Shown: positions 27,369 through 40,028 of the stretch, piece after piece
How the letters are laid out: every line of letters begins with the position of its first letter
Position numbering within the stretch: position 1 is the first letter of the stretch
Origin: Mytilus californianus
Taxonomy: Eukaryota
Direction of reading: 5' to 3'
DNA length: 64,000 bases
Assembly (NCBI RefSeq): GCF_021869535.1
Contig: NW_026262582.1
Coordinates: forward strand, 26,474,001 to 26,538,000
Notes under the pieces: generated by a model
The model's input: the letters and a program-made list of their open reading frames with translations, nothing else
Told to the model about the DNA's origin: nothing
Database searches by the model: none
Translations under genes and position numbers: made by a program

Positions 27369-28668
27369 GCTTCTTTTCGAAGCTTTACCGCTCAAAAACT
27401 ATCAAAATAATTTTACATGACGTACATTTTGTACATGTGTTTCGACACAAAACATGCCCATAATAACGCAAAATCTCGCAGTAAACGTTATCACTAGGGC
27501 GAGACTAAAGGTAAACTCAAATACGGAACGGATAATATGAATCTTACGTATTATAAAACTTATTCCGGAGTAAATATGATAAGTTCCGTAATTTAGTAGT
27601 GTTCTCTTTTTAAACGTTTAACCTTTTAATTACTTTTAAAATTAATATCTTAAAAACTTATAATAACTCACATTTAACATAAAACTTATTTACAGCTAAC
27701 TTTAACATTACAAGACTTATTCAAGAGAATATGTCCATTTTGTAAATAAAATATTATATACAATTTGTCCTTAAAGTACAACAGATATTAATAAATCTTG
27801 ACTCTAATTAATTATAAATTTAGTATTAACTTATTTAATTCAAAATCGTTTTATAAAAATTAAATGTTACATTAACTCACCTAAAATAGACAGAAGTTCT
27901 GTAAGTAAAGATGTTTTATTTTCAGGTTCCAAAGATCAAGTGACGCTAAAACATAATTTTGGATATTCGAAATTTTAGTCACATGACCTTCTTCTATTTT
28001 CTCCAATCAAATGCCAAATAGTAATTAAAACGACTTCCCATAATTTATTTCATTGGTCATCAATTACCTGCTGACCATTTAAGCTTTTGTCAATCATTCT
28101 GTCTTAATTCTTAGCGTCCCTAGTAAACGGATTATCTAACTTTTACCTATGAACAAAGAAGATAAATAATTCCCTTTGTTCCTTTAAATTAAAATACTTC
28201 CCAAATACAATTGACATTTTTTTACTTGGATTTATCTATTTACTTTATAAAAGTCTTTATTAGCTAAAAGTACTGACATCTAGTACTTACAAAAGAGACT
28301 TAATTAACATGCTCTTTGATATAAAACTTTACGTAATACTATGTACAACATATCTGTGAAATTATATAATTAACTTTTAATTCTATTTACAAGTTTCCAA
28401 CTCCAGTTAATATTTAAAATTATATTTTTCATCATAAATCCTTTTTATAGGGTAACATAAATTATATTCAATTCTTCAAGTATGAATTTTCTTTATAAAA
28501 AGCATTATAATTTCACTTTCTTATAAAATCTATATTATTTCCTTTTATTCAAATTAAGCATTCTTTCTCTTTCTTTTAATGGAAATATAAAATTTCCATA
28601 TTTTGTTTATTTTTCCTTCACTAAAGTAGCCATCTTCATTTGGGGTTCAGTTGTCTCCTTTAAGTAAT

Positions 28669-28793
28669 AGTAAAAACTCAATGATAAGTTAATATTGATA
28701 CTAAAAGACCTCCGAACAAAAAGGGATTTGAACATCCCTTTTTGTGAGGAGGTCTTTTAATGTCAATATTAACTTAATCATTGAACTTTTACT
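28669..28793. repeat. 125-bp near-perfect hairpin
   Basis: agtaaaa..tcaatgat.aagttaatattga..taaaagacctcc..acaaaaagggat, 6-nt loop, then the reverse-complement arm. Confidence 0.9.
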
Positions 28794-29579
28794 GACTTAC
28801 AAACCGTCAAAAACATAAGAAAAGAACACAAAAAAAAAAACACTTGCAGAAGCCTAATTCCCCTGAATTGGACGAGTCAAAATATATTCAACTCAAATAA
28901 TAGTTAAACAGTACTTAGACTGATATAGATAAATAACAGTTACCTAATTGCATTGAAAACGGACCAATTAAATGGCATTGCACCATTTAATTATTTATGT
29001 ATTTTGATTTTTTAGCATTAAAATAAGACCGTAGGATAGGTTTATAAAATTAAGGGGTAAATTAATTATTTTTGAATTCCAACTTTTCAATATACACATG
29101 TAACGACTTTCTATTTTATAAATGAGGAAATCAAAACCCTATACAGACCTCATTTACAACTGACCAATGAATTTTATGCACCAAAACTTCTTGTTATATA
29201 TATTTGGTGTTTTTAATCTGTCAGTAATCATGAAATAGATTAGTAAAGACCAGACCAAATGAAAACAGTAAGTAAACTCTTCTAACAATTAGCTATTTAA
29301 ACAGCTTGTTTCACAGCTTCTAATCGAGCAGACCTATATGCATAAGGTCCTTCACAATATTCAGGTAAATGTTCATTTTGATTTTGATTCTGTAATTTTC
29401 CTACACAACGTTGCATGCAAATGCAAAATAATTAGTGTTGTCTGTATCAGTCCAATTAATTGATAAATCGTGTTTTGTTTGATTTTTTTTTCTTTTTTTT
29501 TAAAAACTATGCATGTAAACTCCAATGAATAAAATCAAATAAAATAGCCTTAATGTAACATCTTTAGCATCAAGTTATT

Positions 29580-30122
29580 TTTTATTAGTTGTTATAGGCT
29601 TTGAACTAGCTGTCAGTAACTGCGAGTACTCTCAGATCTGTACTTAGTGTCTTTTTGTTGTTGGGATCTACAATTACCCGTCCACGTCCACTTTGTGTTT
29701 TTGTTAGATGTGTTTCTATTTGGATCCATCTAATGAGTTAAGCCTTTTTCAACTGATTTTTATAGTTAGTTCATATGTTGTACCGTTACACAACTGTCCC
29801 AGGTTCGGGTGAAGGTTTGGTGCCATCTAACTAGTTTAACCCCGCAACATTCTGTATGTGCCTGTCCCAATTCAGTGATTGTCATTTGTTGCTGTGTTAC
29901 ATATTTGTTTTTCGTTCATTAATTTTACATAAATTAGGCCGTTAGTTTTCTCGTTTGAATTGTTTTATATTTGTCATTTCAGGGCCATTTAAAGCTGACT
30001 GTGCGGTATGGGTTTTGCTCATTATTGAAGGCCGTACGGTGACCTATAGTTGTTAATTTCTGTGTCATTTGGTCTATCGTGGAGTGTTGTCTCAGGGGAA
30101 ATCATACTATATCTTCTTTTTA
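29580..30122 (-). repeat. Interspersed repeat family R1 (long copy)
   Basis: gctcattattgaaggccgtacggtgacctatagttgttaatttctgtgtcatttggtc is the reverse complement of R1. Confidence 0.85.
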
Positions 30123-30547
30123 TATGTATGTTTGAGTGGATCGATTAAAACGTGTATAGATGAGATATTGTCGCAAGGCTGATCATCATTCTTAAATTGA
30201 AATGCAATGTATTATATGAAAGAAAACACTTTTGTTCTAGTCGTCCGTCATTCCCTTTTCACGTTTAAATGTAGCATAAACAAACACCCTAAACAAAAAA
30301 AAACTGTTACCATTCTAAGTTTTTTAATCGCCTGACAAAATCGTATGTCATAAATCGCAATAAAAACCGAAGATAAGAACTATAGTAAAACATTTTTTTT
30401 TTATAAGTGTTCAGTTATGTACAGTAAATTGCAAAACCATAAATATAGTTTGCACTATTATTGAGTGATTTAAATGGAATTTTTAAATTATAGCATTTTA
30501 CAAGATTTTGTCTTCGTGTACTATGCACATGGAATAATTAAGGGAGT

Positions 30548-30830
30548 TGATTGATTGTTGTTTGCTTTACGTCCAGTGGCAAATATTTCATGCATGTTTA
30601 TAACGAGAACACAAACATTTTTAATACAATAGGTAGGTCTTGAAATAGGAGGTCGACAGTGATGTAGAACGTGAATAAGGACAGAAATTTAGACTTGCAA
30701 CAGCTGGCCACATCCGGCCACATCCACACCCCTTAAATAATTGGTGCAAGAGTATCTAATTTGCAGGGAGCGTTGATCTATGAAATCTATTCTGAAGCCG
30801 GCCATCCATATTTACGTGTAGTTTCTAATA
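30548..30830 (-). mobile_element. SINE, same family as 6590-7010
   Basis: Reverse complement gives ctgttgcaagtctaaatttctgtcc..acctacctattgtatt..atgcatgaaatatttgccactggacg. Confidence 0.75.
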
Positions 30831-30959
30831 TAATTTAACGCATCTCATTTAGGTTAGATACTTTTAGCTCGCTTAAGTAACTGTGAAATTTTTGTGAAAC
30901 CGTATTTATTGTACATTCGTTTTTGGTATGATATTTTGTACTCCTGCTCTCCTAGTTTG

Positions 30960-31215
30960 TTTCGTGGGTGTGTTCGCCTCGTGAGCGGGAGGTCGTTGGT
31001 TCGAATCCCGACCAAGTCAAACAAAAACGTTAAAATTGGTATTTGCTGTTTCAACGCTGAACTAGCGGCATTTAAGAGTAAGAGCACAGCCGCGTAAACA
31101 AACGCGACTCAGCGTGTCGGTGTAGTACAAAGCAGGGTAATACTCAAATCATGTTCACATGTAATCGTCCTGAATATTCATTTAATATGCCTCTGGACGT
31201 CATTATTATCATCAT
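30960..31215 (+). mobile_element. tRNA-derived SINE (Meta-domain-like)
   Basis: B-box ggttcgaatccc at about 30997, then taaaattggtatttgctgtttc..gcatttaagagtaagagc, then a decayed cctgaatat..ctggacgt tail. Confidence 0.7.
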
Positions 31216-32757
31216 TTATTTTACCGTGAAGTAATTTTCTTCTACTGGTTTATATATTACACCTTCTTTAATTTCCACCGATCGAAATTAAAAAAGGGCA
31301 GGTGATATTTTTCATCCAAACACTTGTGTCTGTTGACATATCTTTAACGGTAAATAATATTAAATCAAATGTCCCTGTTAAGATATCTTTGACAGTAAAT
31401 TTTATTAAATTAACTCCGTATCTTTTAGTCATGGGACGGTTTTGAACTTATTATTCTGTATACGCATCTTTCTATAACAAAAGACTATGTTGACTCTTAA
31501 TATTTTGATTTGTCTGTGTCGTTGGGTAGCTGCCGCATTAATGTATACTTTTATCTCCTTTTATTTAAAACCAAAGGATTGACTTGGGTATATCCATTTT
31601 TGCTTTTATAACAACTGTTATACCAGATATATAAAAAACAAAACTTGAAACAGCAAATGTTGTCTTCTAGACAAGACTGCCGTCGTTGTACGCTTCAATG
31701 TATGAGTTATTTCCACTCGGTGAAGATTTTTTTCTGTTCTACTCCCCTCCTCCTAGTTTGGTTGGACAGGATAAAATGTAACCCCTGATGTGGACTACGT
31801 TATTTAATGTAAATAAAAAGAGAAAATGCAAAGAGAAAAATGAGGAAAGAAATGCTAAAAATTACGCTTAAAGAATCAAATATGAATAAAAATTAAATAT
31901 ATAAAAATTGGAAAACTGCCTGAGATAATTATCAGTTGAAGACTAATGATTATACATCACTAAATGGTGCCGATTAATTAACTGCTCCCTTAATGTCCAG
32001 TGGCAAATATGTCATGCATATTCACGACGAGATGTAAAGTGGATCAACCAAAAGCAAATGATATCAATTTTAGTGCGACACTTTAATAAGAAAGAGCGTT
32101 GGCTAGAGGTAAAACGTATGCCGTAATAGAATAAAGTTGAACCATGATCAAAATCGTAAGTTAAGCTATTAGCCCCCCACCCCCTTTTTTTTTCTCCACG
32201 GTAGGTGAATGCCAAAAACAAAACAACATGAATTTACAATCAATAACGGCCGCTATAAGTAAATGAGATAGGGACTTATTTTGTCAATAAAATCCAATTG
32301 CAGCCAGCATTTCCCGGTTTCGGACATGTTTGTATTTCCACTCATATACCGTTTGATTATTGACCGGAAATATTAAATCAATCAAAAGCACTTTGATTCT
32401 CTGAAATTGTAAATTATGATATTTCATTGACTGTTTTTTCCCGATCCTATTTTGGACCTCCTGATTCTAAGAGGGCGTGTCTAATTAGTCATTCCCGATT
32501 AACTTTTAGTAAATTGAACCTCAACTTAAAGACCTACACCGGGTTAATAAGTTCGAGGTACAATAAGTAAACAAAAGAGATCCTTTATGAAATGAGATCG
32601 TCTCAGGTATCTTAGATAATTATTTTGCTTTGAATAACAATGGAAAATGAACGAATAGGTTTGTAATAACCAGTCATCAACTCTATTTGGCATATTTTCG
32701 TTATTATTAACTCAATTTCCCCAAATTTGATGTAGAGTTATTGATGTATATGTTGCT

Positions 32758-33090
32758 TGTAACAGTTAATGGGACTTATAGCAGTAGCCTTGGTTAACAT
32801 TTAAATAGACCAGACACATGCTAGAAGTTTCCTGACACTAACTACCAACAGATCCCTGTTCTAAGTCAGTCCTGACGTCAGTCCTCCATGCATGGACTTC
32901 TATCACTGACGTTTTTGATCTACATGCTTGTAGTCATAAACAAGAACAGGTCCAGCAGTAAGTTCAATTATGAACTTAAAGTTAGTGTCCTATCCTTATT
33001 CAGAAGTTCAAGCGTGAACTCAGATCTTCCGATTGATATGTTTCCCAGGCTTGGGAATTAATTAATCACGACTAATCAATAACTGTGACA
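32758..33090. mobile_element. Possible solo LTR or small TIR element
   Basis: tgtaacagtt ... aactgtgaca ends (TG...CA, 9/10 inverted match); no clear target duplication. Confidence 0.3.
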
Positions 33091-33452
33091 ACAACAGAGA
33101 CGGCTATAAACGCCGAATGATGTTTATTTTAATGTGTGTATATCATGTAGTATGCATCTTAGTTTAATTATATCTTAATAAATATATAGTCTATGTTTTG
33201 TTGTGTATAAATATATTTTATTGTTTCAGACATATCAATTTGGTTTATTTAGAATAGAGTAAACTACTTTATAAAGTACACATTTACCACTGATTAATTA
33301 GGTAGGCGGAGTTTTTGATTCTTATTTTTGGTATGCTTATATATATTAAAAACATATACCTGTCTCAGGTGAATGGGTCTTGTAATCAATTACAACTATG
33401 TTTTCGTTTTGGTTATATTACATTCTGCTTGATGATATATTTCAAATTGTAG

Positions 33453-33733
33453 TGCTTCCATCAAAGTTGAAAATTCTAAACGTAACTGACGATTATACTG
33501 TGGATGGAAAAGAAAAATGTCAATTGAATCTCGTCTGCTCGGTAGAAAGTGGGAAACCACCTGAAGTCTAACATGGAGAAAGGATGAACGCATAATTATG
33601 CAAGAAGGACCAAGTAAACTTGTATATTCAGTTATTCCCGATAAAACTGATCGCCAATCTATTTATATATGCAAAGCACAAAATACAGACATGGAAAAAC
33701 CGCTTACCAAGTCAATTCATCTAAATATTAAAT
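33453..33733 (+). pseudogene. Copy A exon: Ig domain 2 (C2-type), 1-bp deletion
   Basis: 281 nt against 282 nt in copy B. Reads LNLVCSVESGKPPEV/(frameshift)/TWRK...YICKAQN; ag and gtaag splice sites. Confidence 0.9.
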
Positions 33734-34938
33734 GTAAGAATACTACTTTTATTCTTAAAGTTAACAAAGTTTTTTTTTCCTATTTCAATATCTATAAAAT
33801 AAATCTGCTGTAATGCTTTAAATTTTACATACAAGTCAAAACAGTAGTTTCTCTTTGATGATATAGTGGTCTGTATTTGAAAATCCTCACAAATACTGGG
33901 AATCCTTCTGTTGGTAAATTCGATTGAAATTTTCTTCAATCTTTTTGCCACTTGTTTTTTTTTTGTAATGGCGTTTACTTTGCTTTCAAGATCATGTACA
34001 TGGTGTTAAATTTTCTGCCACTGAATATTTGTTTTTCCCTTTTCGTTTTTTTCTTCATCAAATTGCAATGTTCGTGGCGCATCTCCATGAGAAGCCATCA
34101 TATTTAGGGTTTGGTGTAATATATTTGATATCAATTAAACGTTTCTCGGAAAAAAAATATTTTGTAGTCTATAAACGGCTTTTAATATGTGTTCAATAAA
34201 CATAAGCCCAAAACGGCATACTCAAATGTCATAAGTAAGTGAAGAATAAAACAGTCAGGGTAATCAACTTTTATTAGAGGGTGCCGCGCACGATAAACTA
34301 TCTAAAGTATATTTATGTATAAATGCAATAAATAAGTATCTTCCATCTGAATATGTACTTACAAGTTTAATCGAAGTCAATGGAGCAAGTACTATAAGTC
34401 AATGTAGACCTTTTTATTCGAAGCACCGATGCCCCCAAAGATAGACATTTATATAAAATGATAAAATTAAATCTGTCACTTCGCATTTGAGATATGAATT
34501 TGGACGTAAAATTACTTGAAATCAATAAATCATTTATTACAGAATTACATACCTTTTGTGGCGAACTGCATTCTGCATAAAACACATCTTTACAACGTTA
34601 TATGATATAGGTAATTTAGTATATGAACTTGAAAGGAAATCTAAAAGTAATGTGGTTTTAAACTACATTGGATAAACGAAATCATGATAGATAATGTTAA
34701 CCTTATATAATGCCACGTGATCGATTTTTCCACATATTAGAATATATAACGCCATTTTTATTAAAGGGCTGTTGACGAGTACATATACGAAGACGTTTAC
34801 GCTTTTGGTACTCTACCCCTTCCCCCAACACATACTTTAACTTAAAGAGTAATAATAACTAGCTCATGTAATTTACATGACGTGTATTTAGCATTTCATT
34901 TCCCATCATGGTAACATATATACAAAATTACTTTTCAG

Positions 34939-35205
34939 ACAAGCCATCCGTTGAAATAAATGTTAGCAGCACTTTAACCGTGGTTGAAGGTGAATTTGCA
35001 CATATCTGTTGCATATCAGTGAGTAATCCGAAGCCGACATCAATATCCTGGCATAAGGAGGATACAGAACTAGTTTCAACATTTAATAATTCTTCATTGT
35101 GCTATAGTATGAGTAATGTGAGTCGGCATGACACTGGCAACTACGTATGCAGTTCCCAGAACGATGTCGGGGATTCATCTAGTGAAATTTTGCTCATTAT
35201 TTCAT
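34939..35205 (+). pseudogene. Copy A exon: Ig domain 3 (I/C2-set), open
   Basis: KPSVEINVSSTLTVVEGEFAHICCISVSNPKPTSISW...DTGNYVC; 267 nt, phase 1-1. Confidence 0.92.
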
Positions 35206-35443
35206 GTAAGAATTTCATTTCAAAATATCTTATATTTTTTAAAAAATTCTGAAATTAGTGGCTGTTGATGACAGAATTTCAAAACAACAAACTTTGTATT
35301 TTAATTTTATTTTGTCTTGTCAAAATTAAGAAAGTTTGCTCGGTAACAAGTAATTATTGATTCGCTGTATTTTACTCATTCATGAAAAACATGCAAAGAG
35401 AATCCTCAAGATCATTTAAAAGTATCTTTTATTTTACTTATAC

Positions 35444-35748
35444 ATCCTCCTGTCATTAACATGCGATACAGAAATTTGACTGAATATAACAGCAATAGAG
35501 ACATGCTATGTCTTGCCCAAGGAGAACCGTGAAACTATCATTACTTTAAGTGGGAACACAAATCCCTGTTTAACGAACATATAAGATATTAACGCGGGAC
35601 AGACGATGGATTTCTTCGACTCCCAGAGCTGAACGTATCGAACATTTACCAAGATACAGGGTTTTACATATGCAATGTTTCAAACGGTATTCATGATTAT
35701 GATGGAATGTGTTTCAACTAGGTAGATCGTATTACCTTGTATCGATAG
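35444..35748 (+). pseudogene. Copy A exon: Ig domain 4; dead acceptor, two stops and a frameshift
   Basis: Aligns to 62991-63293 (CLAxGEP..W...YQDTGFYICNVSNG). ttatac replaces ttatag; TGA at 35530 and TAA at 35590. Confidence 0.88.
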
Positions 35749-35856
35749 GTATAATAAGAAACATTTAATATTAGTACTTCAAATAGATATATCTTTTCAT
35801 AATGAATTGTCTTGCAAATATCAGACTCATCATGGATACCAGGATTAACATGTTGT

Positions 35857-35906
35857 ATGCCAGACGTGCGTTTCGTCTACAAAAGACTTATCAGTCACGC
35901 TCGAAT
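35857..35906 (-). ncRNA. Decayed type I hammerhead ribozyme (retrozyme family), best-preserved copy
   Basis: Reverse complement gcgtga-ctgataa-gtc-ttttgta-gac-gaaa-cgcac-gtc-tggcat. Stem II and the GUC triplet are intact; the core reads CUGAUAA instead of CUGAUGA. Confidence 0.75.
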
Positions 35907-36478
35907 TAAAAAAGTTTAAACAGACCAATTCATATTCGTCAATGAATATACGTGAGACAGAGCCATCAGTTACGTGAGTATTCAGACCTCCATATTACTT
36001 AACAGTAAAAGTGAGTGGAAAAACACAATCAAAAAGTAAGTATGAAGAAACGATCATGCGAGGTAAGAGTCAATGAGGGTCAATTCAATGACTCAATTAC
36101 GGCGTTAAACAGTAGACAAGTGCAAAGGTTTAATTGCCTCCTTTTTTCCCCCAATTTGGTCAATCAAATAAGGAACGGTATATGAAAAAACAAACGAAAA
36201 GTAAAATTAAACACACAGGAGTGAACTACCTTCGTATCATACGTACATGTATAATGCATTAGAAATGGACGATGAAACCTGATTAAAAAGGTATTTCTCG
36301 GTTTACCAGATCTGAATTACAAAATAACGTAACAAAACAAATGAGATATATGTATGTTAGATACTTAGATAATTAAGTTAAAAAAAACTAATTTTATGTC
36401 GCAAGTACGGTCGGGTTTTTTTTCTAGTAGATAACTGTCTAAATGTTCTTATTGTTTGTTCTGTTGTTATTCAAATAG

Positions 36479-36811
36479 GCTCTCCTGTATTTGCTGCCGA
36501 CAACAGACAAATCCAAGATAATAACAAAAAATCAACAGTTGAAATAAAAGTAAGGGTGTGTAGTCCGTCGGAGATAATATGTCACAACATAACAGAAGTC
36601 GGTGGTTTGTCAGTTCGACAGCAAGACATGGAAGTTAGAATGGAACATAGTCTAATCAAGGAAAGTTTTCCCGATGCAATAGTGACAGTTAATGGTATAG
36701 ACATTACTTTTATGTTAAATGGACCGAATTCTTGTGAATCTCGTAAATTTAATGTCACTGTGTGCAACAGCTATGGACAAAGCAGTTTTGTAGTCGTCTT
36801 GAAACCTTTCA
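36479..36811 (+). pseudogene. Copy A exon: membrane-proximal Ig-like domain 5, open
   Basis: 333 nt, phase 1-1, ending FNVTVCNSYGQSSFVVVLKP; aatag and gtaagt sites. Confidence 0.8.
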
Positions 36812-37783
36812 GTAAGTTTATATGCTTAATTCATATTAAATGAAGAAATGGTGAGACAAACATTATGCTAACTGTTGAACGCTCATCTCCATCGTATGGT
36901 CGTTGGTAGATCTCATTTGATACGCTACTCTAGAGCATCTTAATGGAATGCAAACTTTATTAGCAAGGGTATGCTCCTTACACAAAAACTGCTCCAACAG
37001 AATTATGAGGAAGAACGACTAAAAAAAACACTTCACAAGTCACCACCACGACTTGGTTGTCCGATACGATATATCTGTGTCTCAACTAACTACCGACATG
37101 TTTTATCAGTCTTAGATATTTAGCTACCAAAATAGTTGTTTATTCTGTAATCTTTTCCGAATGTGTCCTATTTCAGATTGTAACAAATTGACTGTTTGCG
37201 GATTCGACTGGCGGGGACTTCGTGCATATCAGGAGTGGCTTACTGTGTCGACGCACTTGGTCTCTCTTGTTTTGGAGTTTGTGCGCTTTCCTCAGTATTT
37301 GGCTTAATATACTGAAGGGATTTGAACATTGATAAAATACTGTTGCCCATATTGAATGCTAAATGGACAGCCACACAGGGAAGTAAATACACCTAGTTGC
37401 AATACAGTGTACACCTGACGTGTTGCAAAACGTAAACATTGTCAATAACTTTTATATGAATCATCCTTTAGATTACTAGATTATAGAACAGCATTTTAAT
37501 TTGGGACCTAGCTGGTATCAACCCAAAAACTCCATATCAGGCCGAAGGCTTTAGCCCGATACCTCGAATTCGGTCAACTAATGATACAACTGGCGGTATG
37601 TACAATGCCATGTAATGATCTATTAAACACATATTTAGTATACAAGTCATTTCGAAACTAAATGACAACACCGACTATGATTTTTATGTATGACCTTACT
37701 TCCGATTTTTAGTAAATGTAGTGATTTGAATTGAAAATAAATCTTTTTATGATTGATTAAATATTGTATACTTTGCATTACAG

Positions 37784-37894
37784 TGAATAACTCATCAGAA
37801 CAAAATACACTGTCGTTAGAAGTCACCATCATTACCATTATAGCTTTTCTAATAATTATTGTAGTCCTAGTGACTGGAATGGGAATATATGTTA
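37784..37894 (+). pseudogene. Copy A exon: transmembrane helix
   Basis: 111 nt, phase 1-1: NNSSEQNTLSLEVTIITIIAFLIIIVVLVTGMGIYV. Confidence 0.88.
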
Positions 37895-38154
37895 GTAAGT
37901 ACAAACTGCTTGTTTTATAAATTGCGATGACAAGTAATAAAAGGGATCAACATACAATCGATATGTAACATTAACAAAGCAATGCTTAAACCAAAAAATG
38001 ATTATTCATGTGACGATCAGAGCCTGTTTGTCTTTTCGTTTCTTACGAATGCATAACAGTCGTCAAATTTATGTACAAAAACGATTAAAATCGGTTTGTA
38101 GATTATATATGGTTTCGAAAACGTCCTCGACTAAAGAGACCATATATACAAAAC

Positions 38155-38385
38155 AAGAAGATGTGTTATGATTACCAATGAGACAACTACCACATTTTAA
38201 ATGAAGTGGATGAACGCAATTATAGGCAATCTTACGACCTTCAACAATGAGAAAAAACCCATACCATGAAAGACCGCGACATGAAAAATGTGAAACCATG
38301 TAATTGAGAAAACTAACGACCTATTTTATAACAAAGCAATTTACGAAAAATAAATATAACAGACATGAAACAACGAGAACCACTG
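38155..38385 (+). repeat. Interspersed repeat family R1
   Basis: aagaagatgtgttatgattaccaatgagacaact..gaccttcaacaatgag..gagaaaactaacg. Confidence 0.8.
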
Positions 38386-38855
38386 TAGACTATTTGCCTA
38401 GTCAATTATAATCAAAATGATCAAAACACAATTTAAGAAAATAGCGATACATGTCATTTACACACGTGTAGTAGGTATTTATTATTGAATGATGATTATA
38501 AGCATTCATGTTTGCAAAATGGTTATGTCATACATTAACAAATAGGTGCAAGATTATTGTAATCATAGAAAATAATCAATTACTTTGAATTCAAAGTTTA
38601 AGAAAGTATTGATAAAATAATTTAAGTAAATTCATGTCTTTCTTTGACACGACATGAATTGCTCTGGATTAGCGTTGAAATTTTTCATGAGCTTTCCTTT
38701 GCTTAGTGAATTTGGATATAAGGTCAAATGAGTTAGGACTTTCTTTAATTATTCATACAAACTCATGTTTACGACATTTAACTCTTTTTATTTTCTAAGT
38801 AAAAAGTTCATATATACTATGCAATGTAATTTTTCTTCTTATGTTTCAATTAGAG

Positions 38856-38883
38856 GGTACTTGAAACAGATGTACAGAAAGAG
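38856..38883 (+). pseudogene. Copy A candidate juxtamembrane micro-exon
   Basis: ag|gg tac ttg aaa cag atg tac aga aag ag|gttggt gives RYLKQMYRKR, a basic stop-transfer segment. Its phase-2 end does not match the next exon. Confidence 0.45.
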
Positions 38884-39360
38884 GTTGGTCTACTATTTTT
38901 CTTATATCAAATATATTTTGATAATATGCTATGGATAATTTGTTATAAAGTTTAGCTTTTTTCTAAGAAAATTTATCTAAATGCACAAATGCGAATAGAC
39001 AGAGGATGATTATATGGAGGGGACAATACAAAAAACGATAAAAACAGCAAACAAAATAGCAAAAAATGGAAAACGGCGACAGGAGAAAAAGTATAACAAC
39101 CGTCCGCAAAAGCAATTAAACCTCATGCAACCAGAAAGCATGCAACCTTTGATCTGACATCATTTGAAGATTAATTGTGCATGTGCAATTAAATCTATTA
39201 AAATTGTTTTTCATGTATCACTATTGATTGGTTTCTGTCATTTCATCTGATCATAATACTTTGGAAAATGTAAGGCACACTACACAATTAAAAAAACATA
39301 GACTGTGAAAACTTAAACTATGTAATGTTTTTCATACATGCAATGATTTAAGAATTATAG

Positions 39361-39456
39361 CAGCAACGCATATTCCATCGACTGAACTCATTGGTGATGA
39401 AAGCTCTCATAATGCAGACATAATTGAAGCTGATAACATATTGACACCATCACAAG
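39361..39456 (+). pseudogene. Copy A candidate cytoplasmic exon
   Basis: ttatag acceptor and ag|gtacg donor; 96 nt open only in phase 1 (ATHIPSTELIGDESSHNADIIEADNILTPSQ). Confidence 0.5.
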
Positions 39457-40028
39457 GTACGAAAAGAGACAAACGTCAAAATATAAATGTGAACGTTTAG
39501 AAAATAATACATGTAGATAAGATATAGAATATTGCGTGTGTTTAATAGTCCTGTGACCACATGTTGATTATTTTTTTGGCCATATTACTGTAGATTTATT
39601 ATTATTCGTTGGGTACCAGTTTTTTTGGTATTTTTGTTTTACTTTTTTGCTAGTCTTTGTCAGTAGGCTAACAAACATACAACAAAATCAGTATAGGAAT
39701 AGGAAAATGATGGGATTCTTAGGATATTTCCTGTTATTTCTTTGATAGGACCAACAATGAATAATACAGAGCTGTTGGACATTTTTACATGGTTATGAAT
39801 GTTATTCAAGAATGTATTCCATGTCTTTACTGTAAAAAATTAGAACTTCAGAACATACACACACATATATATATATATTTATATATGAGCATTTGGAGTT
39901 TTTTTTATTAAGTATAGATTTATGTGATTCCAAATTGTACAAACACAATCAATGTCCTGCAATATATTCTTAATATCAATAAATGATCAAGAAAAGAACA
40001 ATGTGGCATACACGTTTCAATGTTTTAG

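Larger units (their letters stand above)
20149..27549. mobile_element. ISL2EU (PIF/Harbinger-related) DNA transposon, structurally complete
   Basis: 16-bp perfect inverted repeat taatacgtaagattca at 20145-20160 and 27538-27553, readable as an AT target duplication plus a 12-bp TIR. It encloses convergent YqaJ-exonuclease and THAP-DDE transposase genes, the ISL2EU two-gene layout. Confidence 0.85.

Noticed and set aside
30975-31015. tRNA gene
   Set aside because: Only the B-box/T-arm is recognisable, and it continues into SINE body and tail sequence.
33691-33733. Gene-conversion tract between the A and B Ig2 exon ends (35 identical nt)
   Set aside because: Too short to distinguish from chance or constraint at the overall similarity level without a formal test.
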